From positions 64,001-128,000 of IMG/VR virus record IMGVR_UViG_3300045988_107814: DNA of 64,000 bases; one strand, written 5' to 3'. This document shows, piece by piece, positions 37,101 through 43,811 of this stretch. A program made the position numbers and the translations under genes. Position 1 is the stretch's first letter. Every line of letters starts with the position of its first letter. This DNA comes from a virus. The notes beneath the pieces are model-generated. The model was not told where the DNA came from. It worked only from the letters and a program-made list of their open reading frames with translations, and did no database searches.

Positions 37101-39161
37101 GGTGGTGCTATTGGTACTGTATTTGATCAGCAATCATTAGCATATGGTCTAATTCAATGGACAGGTACTGATGCAAGAGCTAGCTTATATAACTGGTGTA
37201 CTGCAAATAACTGTGATCCTGATACACTGGATGGCCAAGCTAAATGGATTGTTGCTCAAATTAAAGGTATAAATCTAAACGATGAAACAAATACTGCTAA
37301 TGCTTCTAAATTTAATGGTAGTACTGGTAGAGGTACTATGACATATAATGCTCAATTATTTAATGCTAGAGGTTCATTTGAAACATTTAATACTTATTCT
37401 ATAGAAAAAGCTACAAAATTATGGCTAGAATGTGTAGAAAGACCTGGTGATGTAAATAGTTTCTTACAAGCTAGAGTAGAAAATGCTAAGCAAATACTTG
37501 CAGAATGTAAAGGAACTAGCAGTGGTTCTGGAAGAGGTAGAGGAATAATTAATAAAGCTTTATCTAAACCTAATAAACTAAGAAAGAGAAGATTTGGCAG
37601 AGGTATTTGGGGTCGTGATGGTGAAGAAGAAACAACTACCACTACAACAACCACCACAACGACAGAAGCAGCAGATACTTCTACATCTGAAGATGAAAAT
37701 ACTGGTGTAACATATAGTAGTCCTATAGGTCCAACTAAACCAGATAACTCTACTGATGATACTACAACAACCAATGATTCCGATACAACATCGAGTACAG
37801 GTAGTAATGGTAGTGATACTCTATTAAGTAAACTTACAGATTACGCTTCTAAAGCTGTTAAGGGAGTATATGGTGATTTCTATGACGCATTATATGGATC
37901 TGATACATCTTCCAATGAATCTGATGCTTCATTATCTAATGTAACTGGAAATAGCACTATAACTCAAGGAACTGGTGTGCCATATGAAACTTATAAACAC
38001 TGGAAACAAGGTGATTATGGAACATATCCAGCACCTTGGGCAAGTAAGAACATTGCAACTGGTGGGGGATATGATACATGTGCTGATAGCGGTTGTGCAC
38101 TTGTATCCTCGGCTATATTATTAGTACACTCCGGATCTATAACCGATAGTTCATTTGACCCTGGTGTATTTATTGATGACGTTGTTGCAAGAGGAGCTAC
38201 AAATTATAAGGGTGAATGGTCAAGTCTAGATACATTAATGGATTATAAAAATTCTGGTATTATGACAGGTGTAGATTATCAAAAATGGTGTTTTGGTCAA
38301 GACTTCACTCAATCTGCATCTTGGGATACTATATATAATACATTATTAAAACAACTACAAGATGGTTATTATGTAATGATACGTGTATCTATTCATGGTA
38401 CTTGTGGTCACTTTGTAGCGTTAGATTATATTGATACGTCTTCTAAAACTATCTATATAATGGACCCTGGTTCATCTCATAAAGAAAATTTAACTGATTA
38501 TTCTGGAAGAATTCTTGGTTACGCAACATTTAAAACCAATGCATCTAATGCTAGTCAATATATTTTAAATGGTAAAAGAAGTGGCTCTGGTAGAGGTAAA
38601 TTTAGCAAGAATACATCTTCGTTTACAGGTAGAGGAAATGATAATAAATATACATTTGCTAATATTAATTCTTCTGTAAATAAGAGAATTGGTAGACAAA
38701 TGATGAAATATACTAAACCTGAGCATTTCTATCCACCTACTGGACAAGGAAGAGGTGTATCTGGTTTAGTAAGTTATGATCAAATTAAAAATAACACAAA
38801 GTCTACTTCTACAACATCAATGACTACTCCTACTAATAACAATAATCAAATAATTGCTTCTAACAATTATATTGGTTCAGCTTCTACTATCGGAACTTCT
38901 TCTGGTGGTAACGGTATAGATTTGAATCAATTAATTAGTTTAATATCTATTATAGCAAACAATGCTGATAAGATGGATGCAATATTACAGTTATTAGGAG
39001 CCATTGCAACTAATACTCAAAATACATCTACAGCTATTTCAAATAATAATAAATCTAAAACAACAAATAATAACGGTCTATCTGCATTGAGAAATGCATT
39101 AGATTCAAATAGTTCTGGAATAGATATTGCAAAAGCAGTTTATCAAATAGCAAAAAGTTAA
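25170..39161 (+). CDS. giant virion-associated multidomain protein (tape-measure or ejection-protein-like) with four C-terminal peptidoglycan-hydrolase domains
   Basis: A 4663-aa uninterrupted ORF in AT-rich DNA, with a GAAAGGAGG RBS and a terminator.
- The N-terminal two thirds are K/E-rich and helical, with Gly-rich hydrophobic segments (28878-29385, about 31130-31200, about 31745-31800, about 33640-33880).
- C39-like Cys peptidase 1: ADSGCGPAAAASLL, Cys at 35457; SHYVVARG, His at 35735.
- GH73-like glucosaminidase: AIQEHGWDG...NVFNIMG, about 36110-36560.
- Phage-tail-lysozyme-like domain: LAAGILGNIKAESGFNPN...YGLIQWTG, about 36990-37500.
- Cys peptidase 2: ADSGCALVSSA, Cys at 38094; GHFVALDY, His at 38408. 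Confidence 0.85.
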   Translation: MAVSVQKYMKNMIKSVAYGTSDVLSEKFEYVRDFKEENQEVFKEAYSAVKDYKNTYARIKKAIVNNKVMDAARIGYDSMLYSITTGDFYAKSKEAEVMDKYGGDILDGFDVDNEDFDWDNEDLSTGDKVIATAIKKNGKVGTALTIEAVSQTGKAQMDVAKENTMLLYTQNERMLNKLDTGFTNIMGFLKQNGEQTAKIQNQMNDNLNKFMTHVDNNVEKLTKQMDELLQMQRNIYNGPEQKEKKHKIGYDDIISNKGVINIKEYGKQIKKQAFEAANNLSGGMLSQMFGESISGSNLLATAASTLPRDILKGMINKALGAKFDQAAKELDTTLQGIIPTLMSKANAAGRGDNKILSFLGKIFGIKDKKNEKVETDKYNRGAIPFDGVTKRAITDVIPYYLRKMTASMTGKPEMVYDYQSGRWTTMRGIKQEHEKTMTMAKDRTTGLLLNILESNMGGRRISDSFKTKDEYDKFMKALESYSSRLLSAGDFGSIKESELDSSAQEEIHKALRYVMRLDDDTGKDRRFTKGANGKKTSSGLGRSSIGSLSTILREYKNAQNAAIKAINDGDSTLRLINAEGLDRISYESYSDKAGANKYGDLDQRYIQDLPITQVLLRGKDEYGVSMYQYLRDMGKSLRFIKANSVYLAGINGTGIGDELSEEKWKSIFESNGSGEGLSYSDDKPAKYALEYYKEQHKEIKRKEEKGYESRIARAKNRAEQKGESFYVADDFYSFSSKDGKTGLKKIITTQEESKIAKTIKEEEKERLKKEKERWANITDIVGEDSAKLLKDASDDFDSSESLSKNMSKVKDKGFAANLMMFAKWATNKVGNPANAAADAVIKVDYWLQKLIYGEDLKSDDKKTGFFTRVKDSIKDGFKTVTDKIQEGFDTLKEKLKPLKEKYLDPILEKVSNTLFGTKDGDGIRSGGILGGFIGGIQKGIRKNTADVERYAKEKAKKFGNKAKQIFNISEEPKATPPKPEQKKVEPLTVLTPGQVKFKEKIQNTKDQIYKLRSAISSSMKYIKELEDKISYISDGLKTFSKKNVEYYSEEQYKLDKQERTAYQIQLNEEKAKLKKLKNTLSKKIKTYNSMVKHALSIGINDFQLIDENGADVKTMAVGGVNKTGKSFQSVLSAGELHNGVPVRSMGIYTINPGDTVVNPASASTRSRQARAEKNYLNNIKRNAEANQKLSPDEQVPSETEQKEDPNKFAELMTNKDWTELTDKKQRAEFLGNVASRGLIGGGLGLLVGGPLLGAAVGAASSLTKSTDAFSSLLFGDAIKDKDGNVQVDEDGKIVRSDNGLISKEIMKAMPDVKKFGIGGAIAGLITPLGPLGGILAGSALGFAKNSEIFQGSLFGDGGIFSDKNVNKLKKGAKNIGAGAIIGAIAMPGPFGLLGNALIGATAGYITSTDKFKDALLGEKSDPNDPNSKRQGGIVGGIKDALRPMKDFGLHLRDNIMDEIFGKDEGDGRKGGLFGAIRDNMVTPIIEGGKSVFQTLQNNVSDMAHLLGDAYKKFRANHAGNDFFGGLIEKADKLTGGAIKGAGSIGRAMTKPFRLLGDDGIGGMLTARRIKNGTEIGKSATQRNIFRTKHNLGIGDKYAKADQVMANMSREDLLMAQSLLEFGDNTDMIDQARDNDYAILGQELRKNLNRSDAKKVIKLIKDGNIAEAQKFARTRKVSDDSKKNVESLISNHQYKLDQYKSTKKRIESLGKDSQTILKDLGLKVDTKDPKSVRYLKKQLSKEIAHQDAGLTDEEIAFKKQEEMWKGKDSPLTVVNTGVTTVVELLQQIKLGNEYDNLPASEKAKYSKTEYINSHKTTADTETQVKKTAVGKGVQPSVAVNPQANLYKKMEDIKNEEYMKSLKEVSDRGVKIFNNLVAEDLRDPEKIEFDIAAQYSVSEDGSDGKPKYEPNKKLIRNIKITRFKKTYEFDVTYTCNEKGDVSLTTDQEETFTIARDSFVSEYMRKFIPKDRKEIIKNMNFGDMIRTSVKAAGIIAIASVIPGGIFAVGGFKLAKSINKHFDLTGKAKRLTKKGINKVSMGVKNKLGSHDLDMQSRHQKKKEKKYNKKANKALNEAIEHNDPRLDQIAQEQFGQNYADLERKQKYTVNDIFREEVKNEKRSWQASGHGLVGNIKAIGKNMGTLKTKAFNAAKALKEKEQEKDNFIGKFFNKLDKWKIKNDKRKFEGKSNPLTKIIKWLFVGGIATPILVGFVKDKIMPAIHDKIQPWLKKAGEKIIGKKNQQTGEYEGGIVSGIVNPIRNFFKDKFQTIHDWFHNDGKFTSNDTGFKGFLGNFVNVFKYGVKLWQSGANTIINDVLPGFVEAIVSKLPDILKSVGKGIVDGIASWFDKKDGTGKQSLDKIDGSMVSGGGGNTRANTNTDNSTIEFNNTVGGKFSMEAPKYMGSGPDYSSIQVNDALADTSQTKNKDGTTTITNKDNGKNVTTEKINDDEMVSAGVNASGTEIFYKLSDTNRTQPYSKTGDGQYLRIDNQTDVMNNTLQDNTSFQEMIENDNAGNAGVTNSYTGTTPGLDNAIKGTKIGVKALTSKSGAKGLTLALKAGGKTIKTVGRVASIPVGGKRSIAGKVITKTTNGLGNIVEKGADKLSNDIFNVGQKITNKALSKSKTLQKVNELGLKINDSWMNKFGHGQNKLDALDRSIDRALEKGDTAKAEKLLDKATKVEDKINNGNVFSKFKDKATSKVKNSKAGQAVTKVSEGAKNIKTKAKDVVKKTKVGQAATKVKGVADDAVKSVKGIFEKAKKSIVDWFKKLFKNGTFKKALKEAGQEASDEAIEKMAKESGEKLVKECAEEGAEKIAKAAGKNAIATASDATGIGVVINIAMAVADFALGMDDCRNILQITDKEIPISWRIFAGLANALQDIPAVGIIFGIIGAKNIVYFLIDILGPIIAPDATKKIREKQKQAEETVAEYNRQHNTNLTLEEYNNKFNKTFSSVTKGLAADAGSFLSGRDATVSQSMESRRIVEDAGKKVTKIRKKLEDIASHMWEKEGKKFKGFNLTKETYGTLCAEVIDKIVMLLNGLDEDKLDKVLESAGKMRMNFAENYGSGYVKVLTFGAVDLDPFVDAWDDGYKGLSYLGLDEDKFENTDVVKCIGGIASVFVKSCGGAKLKGKIIDIVITTFCKGMSADGKKIGENEKKMIEESGKDIEEINNQYTAVQQQFKEAGQAQSVAIDSNGNVTTDNIVTNANANNKLSTTNTLQTATSPLSKISNKFSEIINNAVGGFTGGLDNIEELFKSLSSKNKSTNEAIDAMTLLPTDKKYWKIELDNTNPFVSAIFNFMESMNRVVKAPFALAAASLGSGLEVISSNSADNGGSAQTVNDSSGNTGSSTASTNNASSGSTSSKSSGGFLSKVASKGKSILKKIGGAFKSLFGRGADDEYTDDTGYGDDPFHIYQRDYKRSYKTNGDTENQTVADSGCGPAAAASLLRMYGKNGNMNNAVSYALNNNYKEVNGGTYPQYFNDYLNKNGISTNSNANNRDVVNSLIHNKPVILMGQDASNSGRTPYGSKYSHYVVARGLDSNGNVIVEDSEDKKGSTRYSLADTLRNSSVRITTGSGKYGRAKGTVLDNFVSGVNSVMASSVTSILGNLSSSIGYSDSSSGSTSSSGNTGSSGGTVIAGTNGTISDLTKDSDVKTKCGYTAEQLTAAIKAIHPEGCSAEQFPEAAINVEKSKGLNALFIIAAAIQEHGWDGKVGINTTGANWGNWNVFNIMGSPHASNGRWKDYNDLTDAFSGFGDLILGSTYYGAGLKTPEAIGNRYCPPDLEENANYGQWGESVCNVAQNIVKHIPTSGSGRGNNKIEPAINKKLINNITDSISYGTVSALNGGSGKWGRDGEEDTTTADDTTTTDTSTETTDSTTTTTNTSSSSSSSASESAGLLSKLTEYTTNLTKGVFGDFYDALYGKTETSTTTPTSGNTITGTLSSGDSIANMKTLFSYFTSQGLSDNLAAGILGNIKAESGFNPNVLYGGAIGTVFDQQSLAYGLIQWTGTDARASLYNWCTANNCDPDTLDGQAKWIVAQIKGINLNDETNTANASKFNGSTGRGTMTYNAQLFNARGSFETFNTYSIEKATKLWLECVERPGDVNSFLQARVENAKQILAECKGTSSGSGRGRGIINKALSKPNKLRKRRFGRGIWGRDGEEETTTTTTTTTTTEAADTSTSEDENTGVTYSSPIGPTKPDNSTDDTTTTNDSDTTSSTGSNGSDTLLSKLTDYASKAVKGVYGDFYDALYGSDTSSNESDASLSNVTGNSTITQGTGVPYETYKHWKQGDYGTYPAPWASKNIATGGGYDTCADSGCALVSSAILLVHSGSITDSSFDPGVFIDDVVARGATNYKGEWSSLDTLMDYKNSGIMTGVDYQKWCFGQDFTQSASWDTIYNTLLKQLQDGYYVMIRVSIHGTCGHFVALDYIDTSSKTIYIMDPGSSHKENLTDYSGRILGYATFKTNASNASQYILNGKRSGSGRGKFSKNTSSFTGRGNDNKYTFANINSSVNKRIGRQMMKYTKPEHFYPPTGQGRGVSGLVSYDQIKNNTKSTSTTSMTTPTNNNNQIIASNNYIGSASTIGTSSGGNGIDLNQLISLISIIANNADKMDAILQLLGAIATNTQNTSTAISNNNKSKTTNNNGLSALRNALDSNSSGIDIAKAVYQIAKS
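36689..36908 (+). repeat. intragenic linker module, copy 1 (WGRDGEE, Thr/Ser-rich tract, LLSKLTEY..GDFYDALYG)
   Basis: Begins with the 23-nt string tggggtcgtgatggtgaagaaga, which is identical at 37608-37630. It has the same protein architecture as copy 2. Confidence 0.85.
37608..37898 (+). repeat. intragenic linker module, copy 2 (WGRDGEE, poly-Thr, LLSKLTDY..GDFYDALYG)
   Basis: See copy 1. Includes a run of eleven Thr codons. Confidence 0.85.
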
Positions 39162-39167
39162 AATAAT

Positions 39168-39200
39168 AGAGGGTTGGATTGCTCCAACCCTCATATTTTT
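39168..39200 (+). terminator. rho-independent terminator after the giant gene
   Basis: agagggttgga-ttgc-tccaaccctc stem followed by ATATTTTTA. Confidence 0.8.
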
Positions 39201-39208
39201 ATGTCAAG

Positions 39209-39222
39209 AACATTAGTATAAT
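39209..39222 (+). promoter_or_regulatory. candidate phage promoter, AACAT-N3-TATAAW class
   Basis: AACATTAGTATAAT lies directly after the terminator and 29 nt before the ATG at 39252. Confidence 0.35.
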
Positions 39223-39251
39223 ATTCAAAATAATAATAAGGAGGTTTAGTA

Positions 39252-41513
39252 ATGGCTTACAATTATGTATACCCACTAAATATGAATAAGATAGCGGAAA
39301 CATTTTATGCTAAAAAAGCAAGCGATCTATCTAATAGTGGATTTTATATTATGTGTAAAACTGATACTAATATTTATGCATCTAGTGAAAAAGCACTTGC
39401 AAATGCAAATGTAACAACAGAAACAGATAAAGCAATGATGAGAATAAAAGGTAAATCGTCTGCTAAAATATATGATGTAGTTAAAGATCATAATAGAATA
39501 TTGGTTAAAATATACGCAGGTGCTAAAGAAGCTTGGTTATATATTGGAACAGTACAAGCATATGGTAGTTCAACAGGTAGCTATTATAGATGGACAGTTG
39601 GCCCTACAGTTAATATAGGTGCAACGAAAAATTGTCTTAAAAAATTTAATATAAGACGATTTAAAGAATCAAATACACCTAATAGATATGCTAATTTAAA
39701 TTTAAGTGTAACAGAAATAGATGCTAGTAGAGTATTGAAAACAAATCAAAGCGAAATAGATGGTGCTGATAATAATACTGAAGAAAAAAGAACAAATACA
39801 ACAGATAATATAACTAGTACTAGTACAGCAACTGGAGAATCTGGAGTAACATATGAATTTGCTGTAAAGGCTGCTCCAAATACTTACTATTATGATATTG
39901 GTAAGTATATAAGAGATAACTCTTATGAAGCATATGCATCTCAAAATAATATAAATTCTGGCATTGATTATAGTAAACTTAAATATATTTTTGGCATTCC
40001 ATATCAATATCTTCCTACAACAGATTGTAGAGTTGGGGATGATTTCTCAGATGAAATAGAACAAGCTGGATATGAATTTGCTGACAAAATTATATCTAGA
40101 ATGCCACTATTATATGTAACTCCAGGTAATACATCTTTTATGGGTAATGCCGGTTCTAAAGAAAATTACAGAACTTTTTTACTTGGTAAATTAGGTGTAA
40201 GCGGTGCTACATCTGGAGAAAATGATATAATGGAATCTTCTCTAGAAACTATGCTTGGAGAATACAATGGTAAACTATATACATTAACTCCAGCATATAA
40301 AGAATATTTTGAATATGTAAATCCATTATGTCGTGCTGGTGCAATATTCTTAGATATTGGAGAATTATCATTTGAATCTGAGACAACAAGTGGAACTAAT
40401 AAATTTCAAAACTATAACTGGGGTATTAACCAAGGTATAGCATATGAGATATATACCGAAGAAGAAAGTACAGAAGATGATACTAAAAAAAGTGATACTA
40501 AAGATGAGGAAGAAAATACAGATAATGCAGATGGGAAAAAGGCTAAATTTGATGAAGATTATTCTGATTTCTTTGAATCTACTATAACCAAGATCAGTGA
40601 AAAAATAAGTGATTTTGAGAGTAGATTATATTACGGTAACTCTATAGCTTTCTATATAAATTCCGATGCATCGTTTCAAGATTCTTTTGGTAATGAAACA
40701 ACAGAATCTTCTTTATCTTCTCTTATAAATGGTTTATCTGATAAAGCTAGAGAAATACAATTCTTATTGGGCACTTCTAGACAAATGGTTGGTGAAGCAT
40801 TTGATAAAGTAGACGGTACTCTTGGTCCAATAAAACAGCAAATTGATAATATAGTTAATAAAGTTGCTGGTGGTAACTCTATATTTACTACAATTGCAAA
40901 TAGTGTTAAAACTATTGTTTCTGGCGGTAGGTTACAATTTCCACAAATATGGTCTAATAGTTCTTTCTCAAAATCTTATAGTATATCTATTAAATTAAAT
41001 ACTCCAAGTACAGATAGAGTTTCTTGGTGGTTAGATATATATGTGCCACTTTGTCATCTTATGGGATTAATTCTTCCTAGATCTGAATATATTAACTCTT
41101 ATACTACTCCATTTATTGTAAAAGCATTCTATAAGGGTATGTTTAATATAGATATGGGCATTATAACAGAAATGACATTCACTAAAGGTAAAGAAGGCTC
41201 ATGGACTAAAGATGGCTTACCTACTGTAGTCGATGTAAGTTTCACTATTCAAGACTTATATAGTACGATGTCTATGACATCTACAGAAAGTATGTTTAAA
41301 GGAAAAACATTACAGAATGTAGCTGAGATGGATTATATAGCAAACTTATGTGGTATTAATATAAATGAGCCTGATATATTTAGAATGATTAGATTATGGT
41401 GTGTATTCAATATTTCTAATAGAGTATACGACTTTATTCCTAACCTTGAAATGGGAGTTGAAAAGTATATTGGTAATAGAGTATTAAGTGCTTATAATAA
41501 TTTTTGGTTTTAA
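39252..41513 (+). CDS. hypothetical protein (probable virion protein by position)
   Basis: 753 aa, with a TAAGGAGG RBS. It immediately follows the giant gene. Confidence 0.75.
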   Translation: MAYNYVYPLNMNKIAETFYAKKASDLSNSGFYIMCKTDTNIYASSEKALANANVTTETDKAMMRIKGKSSAKIYDVVKDHNRILVKIYAGAKEAWLYIGTVQAYGSSTGSYYRWTVGPTVNIGATKNCLKKFNIRRFKESNTPNRYANLNLSVTEIDASRVLKTNQSEIDGADNNTEEKRTNTTDNITSTSTATGESGVTYEFAVKAAPNTYYYDIGKYIRDNSYEAYASQNNINSGIDYSKLKYIFGIPYQYLPTTDCRVGDDFSDEIEQAGYEFADKIISRMPLLYVTPGNTSFMGNAGSKENYRTFLLGKLGVSGATSGENDIMESSLETMLGEYNGKLYTLTPAYKEYFEYVNPLCRAGAIFLDIGELSFESETTSGTNKFQNYNWGINQGIAYEIYTEEESTEDDTKKSDTKDEEENTDNADGKKAKFDEDYSDFFESTITKISEKISDFESRLYYGNSIAFYINSDASFQDSFGNETTESSLSSLINGLSDKAREIQFLLGTSRQMVGEAFDKVDGTLGPIKQQIDNIVNKVAGGNSIFTTIANSVKTIVSGGRLQFPQIWSNSSFSKSYSISIKLNTPSTDRVSWWLDIYVPLCHLMGLILPRSEYINSYTTPFIVKAFYKGMFNIDMGIITEMTFTKGKEGSWTKDGLPTVVDVSFTIQDLYSTMSMTSTESMFKGKTLQNVAEMDYIANLCGININEPDIFRMIRLWCVFNISNRVYDFIPNLEMGVEKYIGNRVLSAYNNFWF

Positions 41514-41596
41514 AAATGTCATAACTATATAGTAAGGGTAATAATAATTACTCTGTAATGGGTTAATGTCGGTATTTGTGTCTCCTGAAAAATAGT

Positions 41597-41633
41597 CCAC
41601 TGATAGGAATATTCCTATCAGTGGATCCTTTTG
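41597..41633 (+). terminator. rho-independent terminator
   Basis: ccactgatagga-atat-tcctatcagtgg forms a 12-bp stem followed by ATCCTTTTG. Confidence 0.75.
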
Positions 41634-41678
41634 CAAAATACCGTATCTGTAACAATTAATTAAAAAGGAGGTACTTGA

Positions 41679-42383
41679 ATGAGTAGTTTAAAAAAGAAAA
41701 TGCAAGATTATAAAAATAAATATGGAGATATACCGCTAGATTATAAAGAACGTCTAGAATGGATGTGTGATAAATATAAAATATCTTCAAATGATATGGA
41801 TTATATTTTGTATGAGCGTGATAGAAGAATGAATTCTCTATATTATACTAGTATAAAAGTTATATTATATCAAGTACCTCAAGGTGCTAAACGTCCTAGA
41901 TATAGGTTTGTTAATAGAAAAAATCTTGTGTCAGCGGCTATTTCAGATCCAGGCTACATACATGTATATTCTCCTGACGCTGCTAGTAACCACGATTATA
42001 TGAAAAGGCTTGTAAATGAACAAGAATTCATACAATTAGAACATCTTATTTGTACTCCATGTGATGTTTGCTATAAAGCCTATTTCCCTACGCCTAAATC
42101 ATATAATAAGACTGAAACGTTTATGGCTGAAATAGGACTCGATAGACCACTAGTAAAACCAGATTTTGATAATATAGAAAAACTATATGCAGATATGTAT
42201 AATAGTAATGTATGGATTGATGATGCTCTTACTGTAGATGCTGCAATAGGAAAATTCTATTCTATATTACCAAGAGTTGAAATTGATCTTAATTATCTTA
42301 ATGCTGTATATTGTAAGCAGCAATATGATAATATAACAAGTAGAAAAGATTATAAAGAAAACATGAACTTATCATTTATTTAA
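41679..42383 (+). CDS. rusA: RusA-family Holliday junction resolvase
   Basis: 234 aa. YQVPQGAKRPRYRF, followed by KPDFDNIEKLYADMYNSNVWIDDALTVD...PRVEIDL, matches the Gram-positive RusA pattern (PQGK-RPR, then KPD-DN-x-K-(x)n-DD). Confidence 0.7.
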   Translation: MSSLKKKMQDYKNKYGDIPLDYKERLEWMCDKYKISSNDMDYILYERDRRMNSLYYTSIKVILYQVPQGAKRPRYRFVNRKNLVSAAISDPGYIHVYSPDAASNHDYMKRLVNEQEFIQLEHLICTPCDVCYKAYFPTPKSYNKTETFMAEIGLDRPLVKPDFDNIEKLYADMYNSNVWIDDALTVDAAIGKFYSILPRVEIDLNYLNAVYCKQQYDNITSRKDYKENMNLSFI

Positions 42384-42398
42384 GAAAGAGGTAAAGAA

Positions 42399-42779
42399 AT
42401 GAATACTTTTGTCAGAACTTCAAATGTTAAATCTATCAATCAAATAAGAAAATATCTATGGGAAAATGTATATTCTAAATTTCCAAACTTAGATAGATTA
42501 GTTAAACTCATTGGTGAGGAAATTAAAAACAATTATTCTATAGAAATAGAATCATTCCAGATTTATTTTCAGTCAATGAGTATGAATATTATATTTGCAC
42601 AAGATATTGTATATGATAGTAATTTATTAACATGCATTCATAAAGGATATAAAAAATATGTTCAAGAAACTGTTGGTAAATTAAAAGACGACGAAATGAA
42701 TAATGCTTGGTTAAGCAATTATGATAAATTTACTATTGTTACATTTAAAGGAAGACGAGAACTTATTATTGGATTATAA
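42399..42779 (+). CDS. hypothetical protein
   Basis: 126 aa, with a GAAAGAGG RBS. Confidence 0.7.
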   Translation: MNTFVRTSNVKSINQIRKYLWENVYSKFPNLDRLVKLIGEEIKNNYSIEIESFQIYFQSMSMNIIFAQDIVYDSNLLTCIHKGYKKYVQETVGKLKDDEMNNAWLSNYDKFTIVTFKGRRELIIGL

Positions 42780-42783
42780 AAAT

Positions 42784-42811
42784 TGCAGGTAACCGATTAA
42801 GGTTACCTGCA
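42784..42811. terminator. bidirectional terminator hairpin
   Basis: tgcaggtaacc-6 nt-ggttacctgca forms an 11-bp stem between convergent genes. Confidence 0.8.
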
Positions 42812-42817
42812 TATATT

Positions 42818-43777
42818 TTACTTCTTCATATCTTTAAGCATCTTTTCAATATATGCTTCATCAACATTAATAATCTTTAAAGAATCTAATGCAGTTACAA
42901 ATGTACAAATAGTTTCACAATGTTCAACAATCTTATCCATATTAAGTCTGGAATTATCAACAAATACTTTACCAGCAGATTCATTTACAATAGCCGCTTT
43001 GGAAAGAGTGTATACCATTTGTTCCAGTACATTTTTAGTCTTACTGTTTCTAATATCAGTTGCTCTTCTCTTACCCAAAGCAATGTAACCTTCTTCAATT
43101 TTAGCAGCTTTCTCTTGTTCTTTCTTGCTGTTTACTTTATCGGCAAGTTTCTGTTTGTTATTTTCAACTTTCTGCTGAGTCTTAGATAAGGATGCTGCAA
43201 GTTCTGCTTTTTCACTCATATTAGTATTCATGAATTCAGCGGCTTGATCTTGTACTCTGTCAGTAATCTTATCAACAGCATCACCAACTTCAATCTTACT
43301 TAGCTTATCATAAAACTTGTCCTTATCTTTCTTATCAGGTTTAAAAGATTCAGGATTATCTTTATCAGCTCTTTCAAGAATAGACTCTACTGTAGTTTCA
43401 ATTACATATGCCATCTCAGACATAATATAAGAAGTACCTCTAAATTTCTTTAAAAGCTTCATAGAACCTTCTTCATTTACAAAGTTTGTTACTAACTGTC
43501 TTACTAACTTTTGATGATACTGTTCTCTTACAAGTACAGGATTTAAACAGTTATCTACAATAGCTACTAATCCTTCAGTAACATATGCATCAGTAAGCTT
43601 CTTTTTATAATCAATATAAGAATAATCTACTCTATTACGAGAATTAAGTTTATTCCAAATAGCAGCTCTGTCTGCGGCTTCAGATAAATAGGCTAATCTT
43701 TCTTTAGATTGATTGTAACTTTGTTTAGCCTCTTTTCTTGCAGCAGCTTCAAGCATAAGTTTAGTATCTTCGTACAT
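42818..43777 (-). CDS. hypothetical coiled-coil protein
   Basis: 319 aa, with an AAAGGAGG RBS. K/E-rich and helical. Confidence 0.75.
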   Translation of the reverse strand: MYEDTKLMLEAAARKEAKQSYNQSKERLAYLSEAADRAAIWNKLNSRNRVDYSYIDYKKKLTDAYVTEGLVAIVDNCLNPVLVREQYHQKLVRQLVTNFVNEEGSMKLLKKFRGTSYIMSEMAYVIETTVESILERADKDNPESFKPDKKDKDKFYDKLSKIEVGDAVDKITDRVQDQAAEFMNTNMSEKAELAASLSKTQQKVENNKQKLADKVNSKKEQEKAAKIEEGYIALGKRRATDIRNSKTKNVLEQMVYTLSKAAIVNESAGKVFVDNSRLNMDKIVEHCETICTFVTALDSLKIINVDEAYIEKMLKDMKK

Positions 43778-43798
43778 ATTACAATCCTCCTTTTGATA

Positions 43799-43811
43799 TT
43801 ATTAATATGTT
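43799..43811 (-). promoter_or_regulatory. candidate phage promoter, AACA-N3-TAWTAA class
   Basis: The minus strand reads AACATATTAATAA. It overlaps the stop of the 1473-aa gene and lies 21 nt before the ATG at 43777. Confidence 0.3.

Noticed and set aside
41597-41633. This hairpin as another promoter-proximal leader stem-loop, because a weak TATA..GTAAGGG motif lies at 41522-41540.
   Set aside because: Unlike the other leader hairpins it is followed by a T-run and sits directly after a long gene. An ordinary terminator is the simpler reading.
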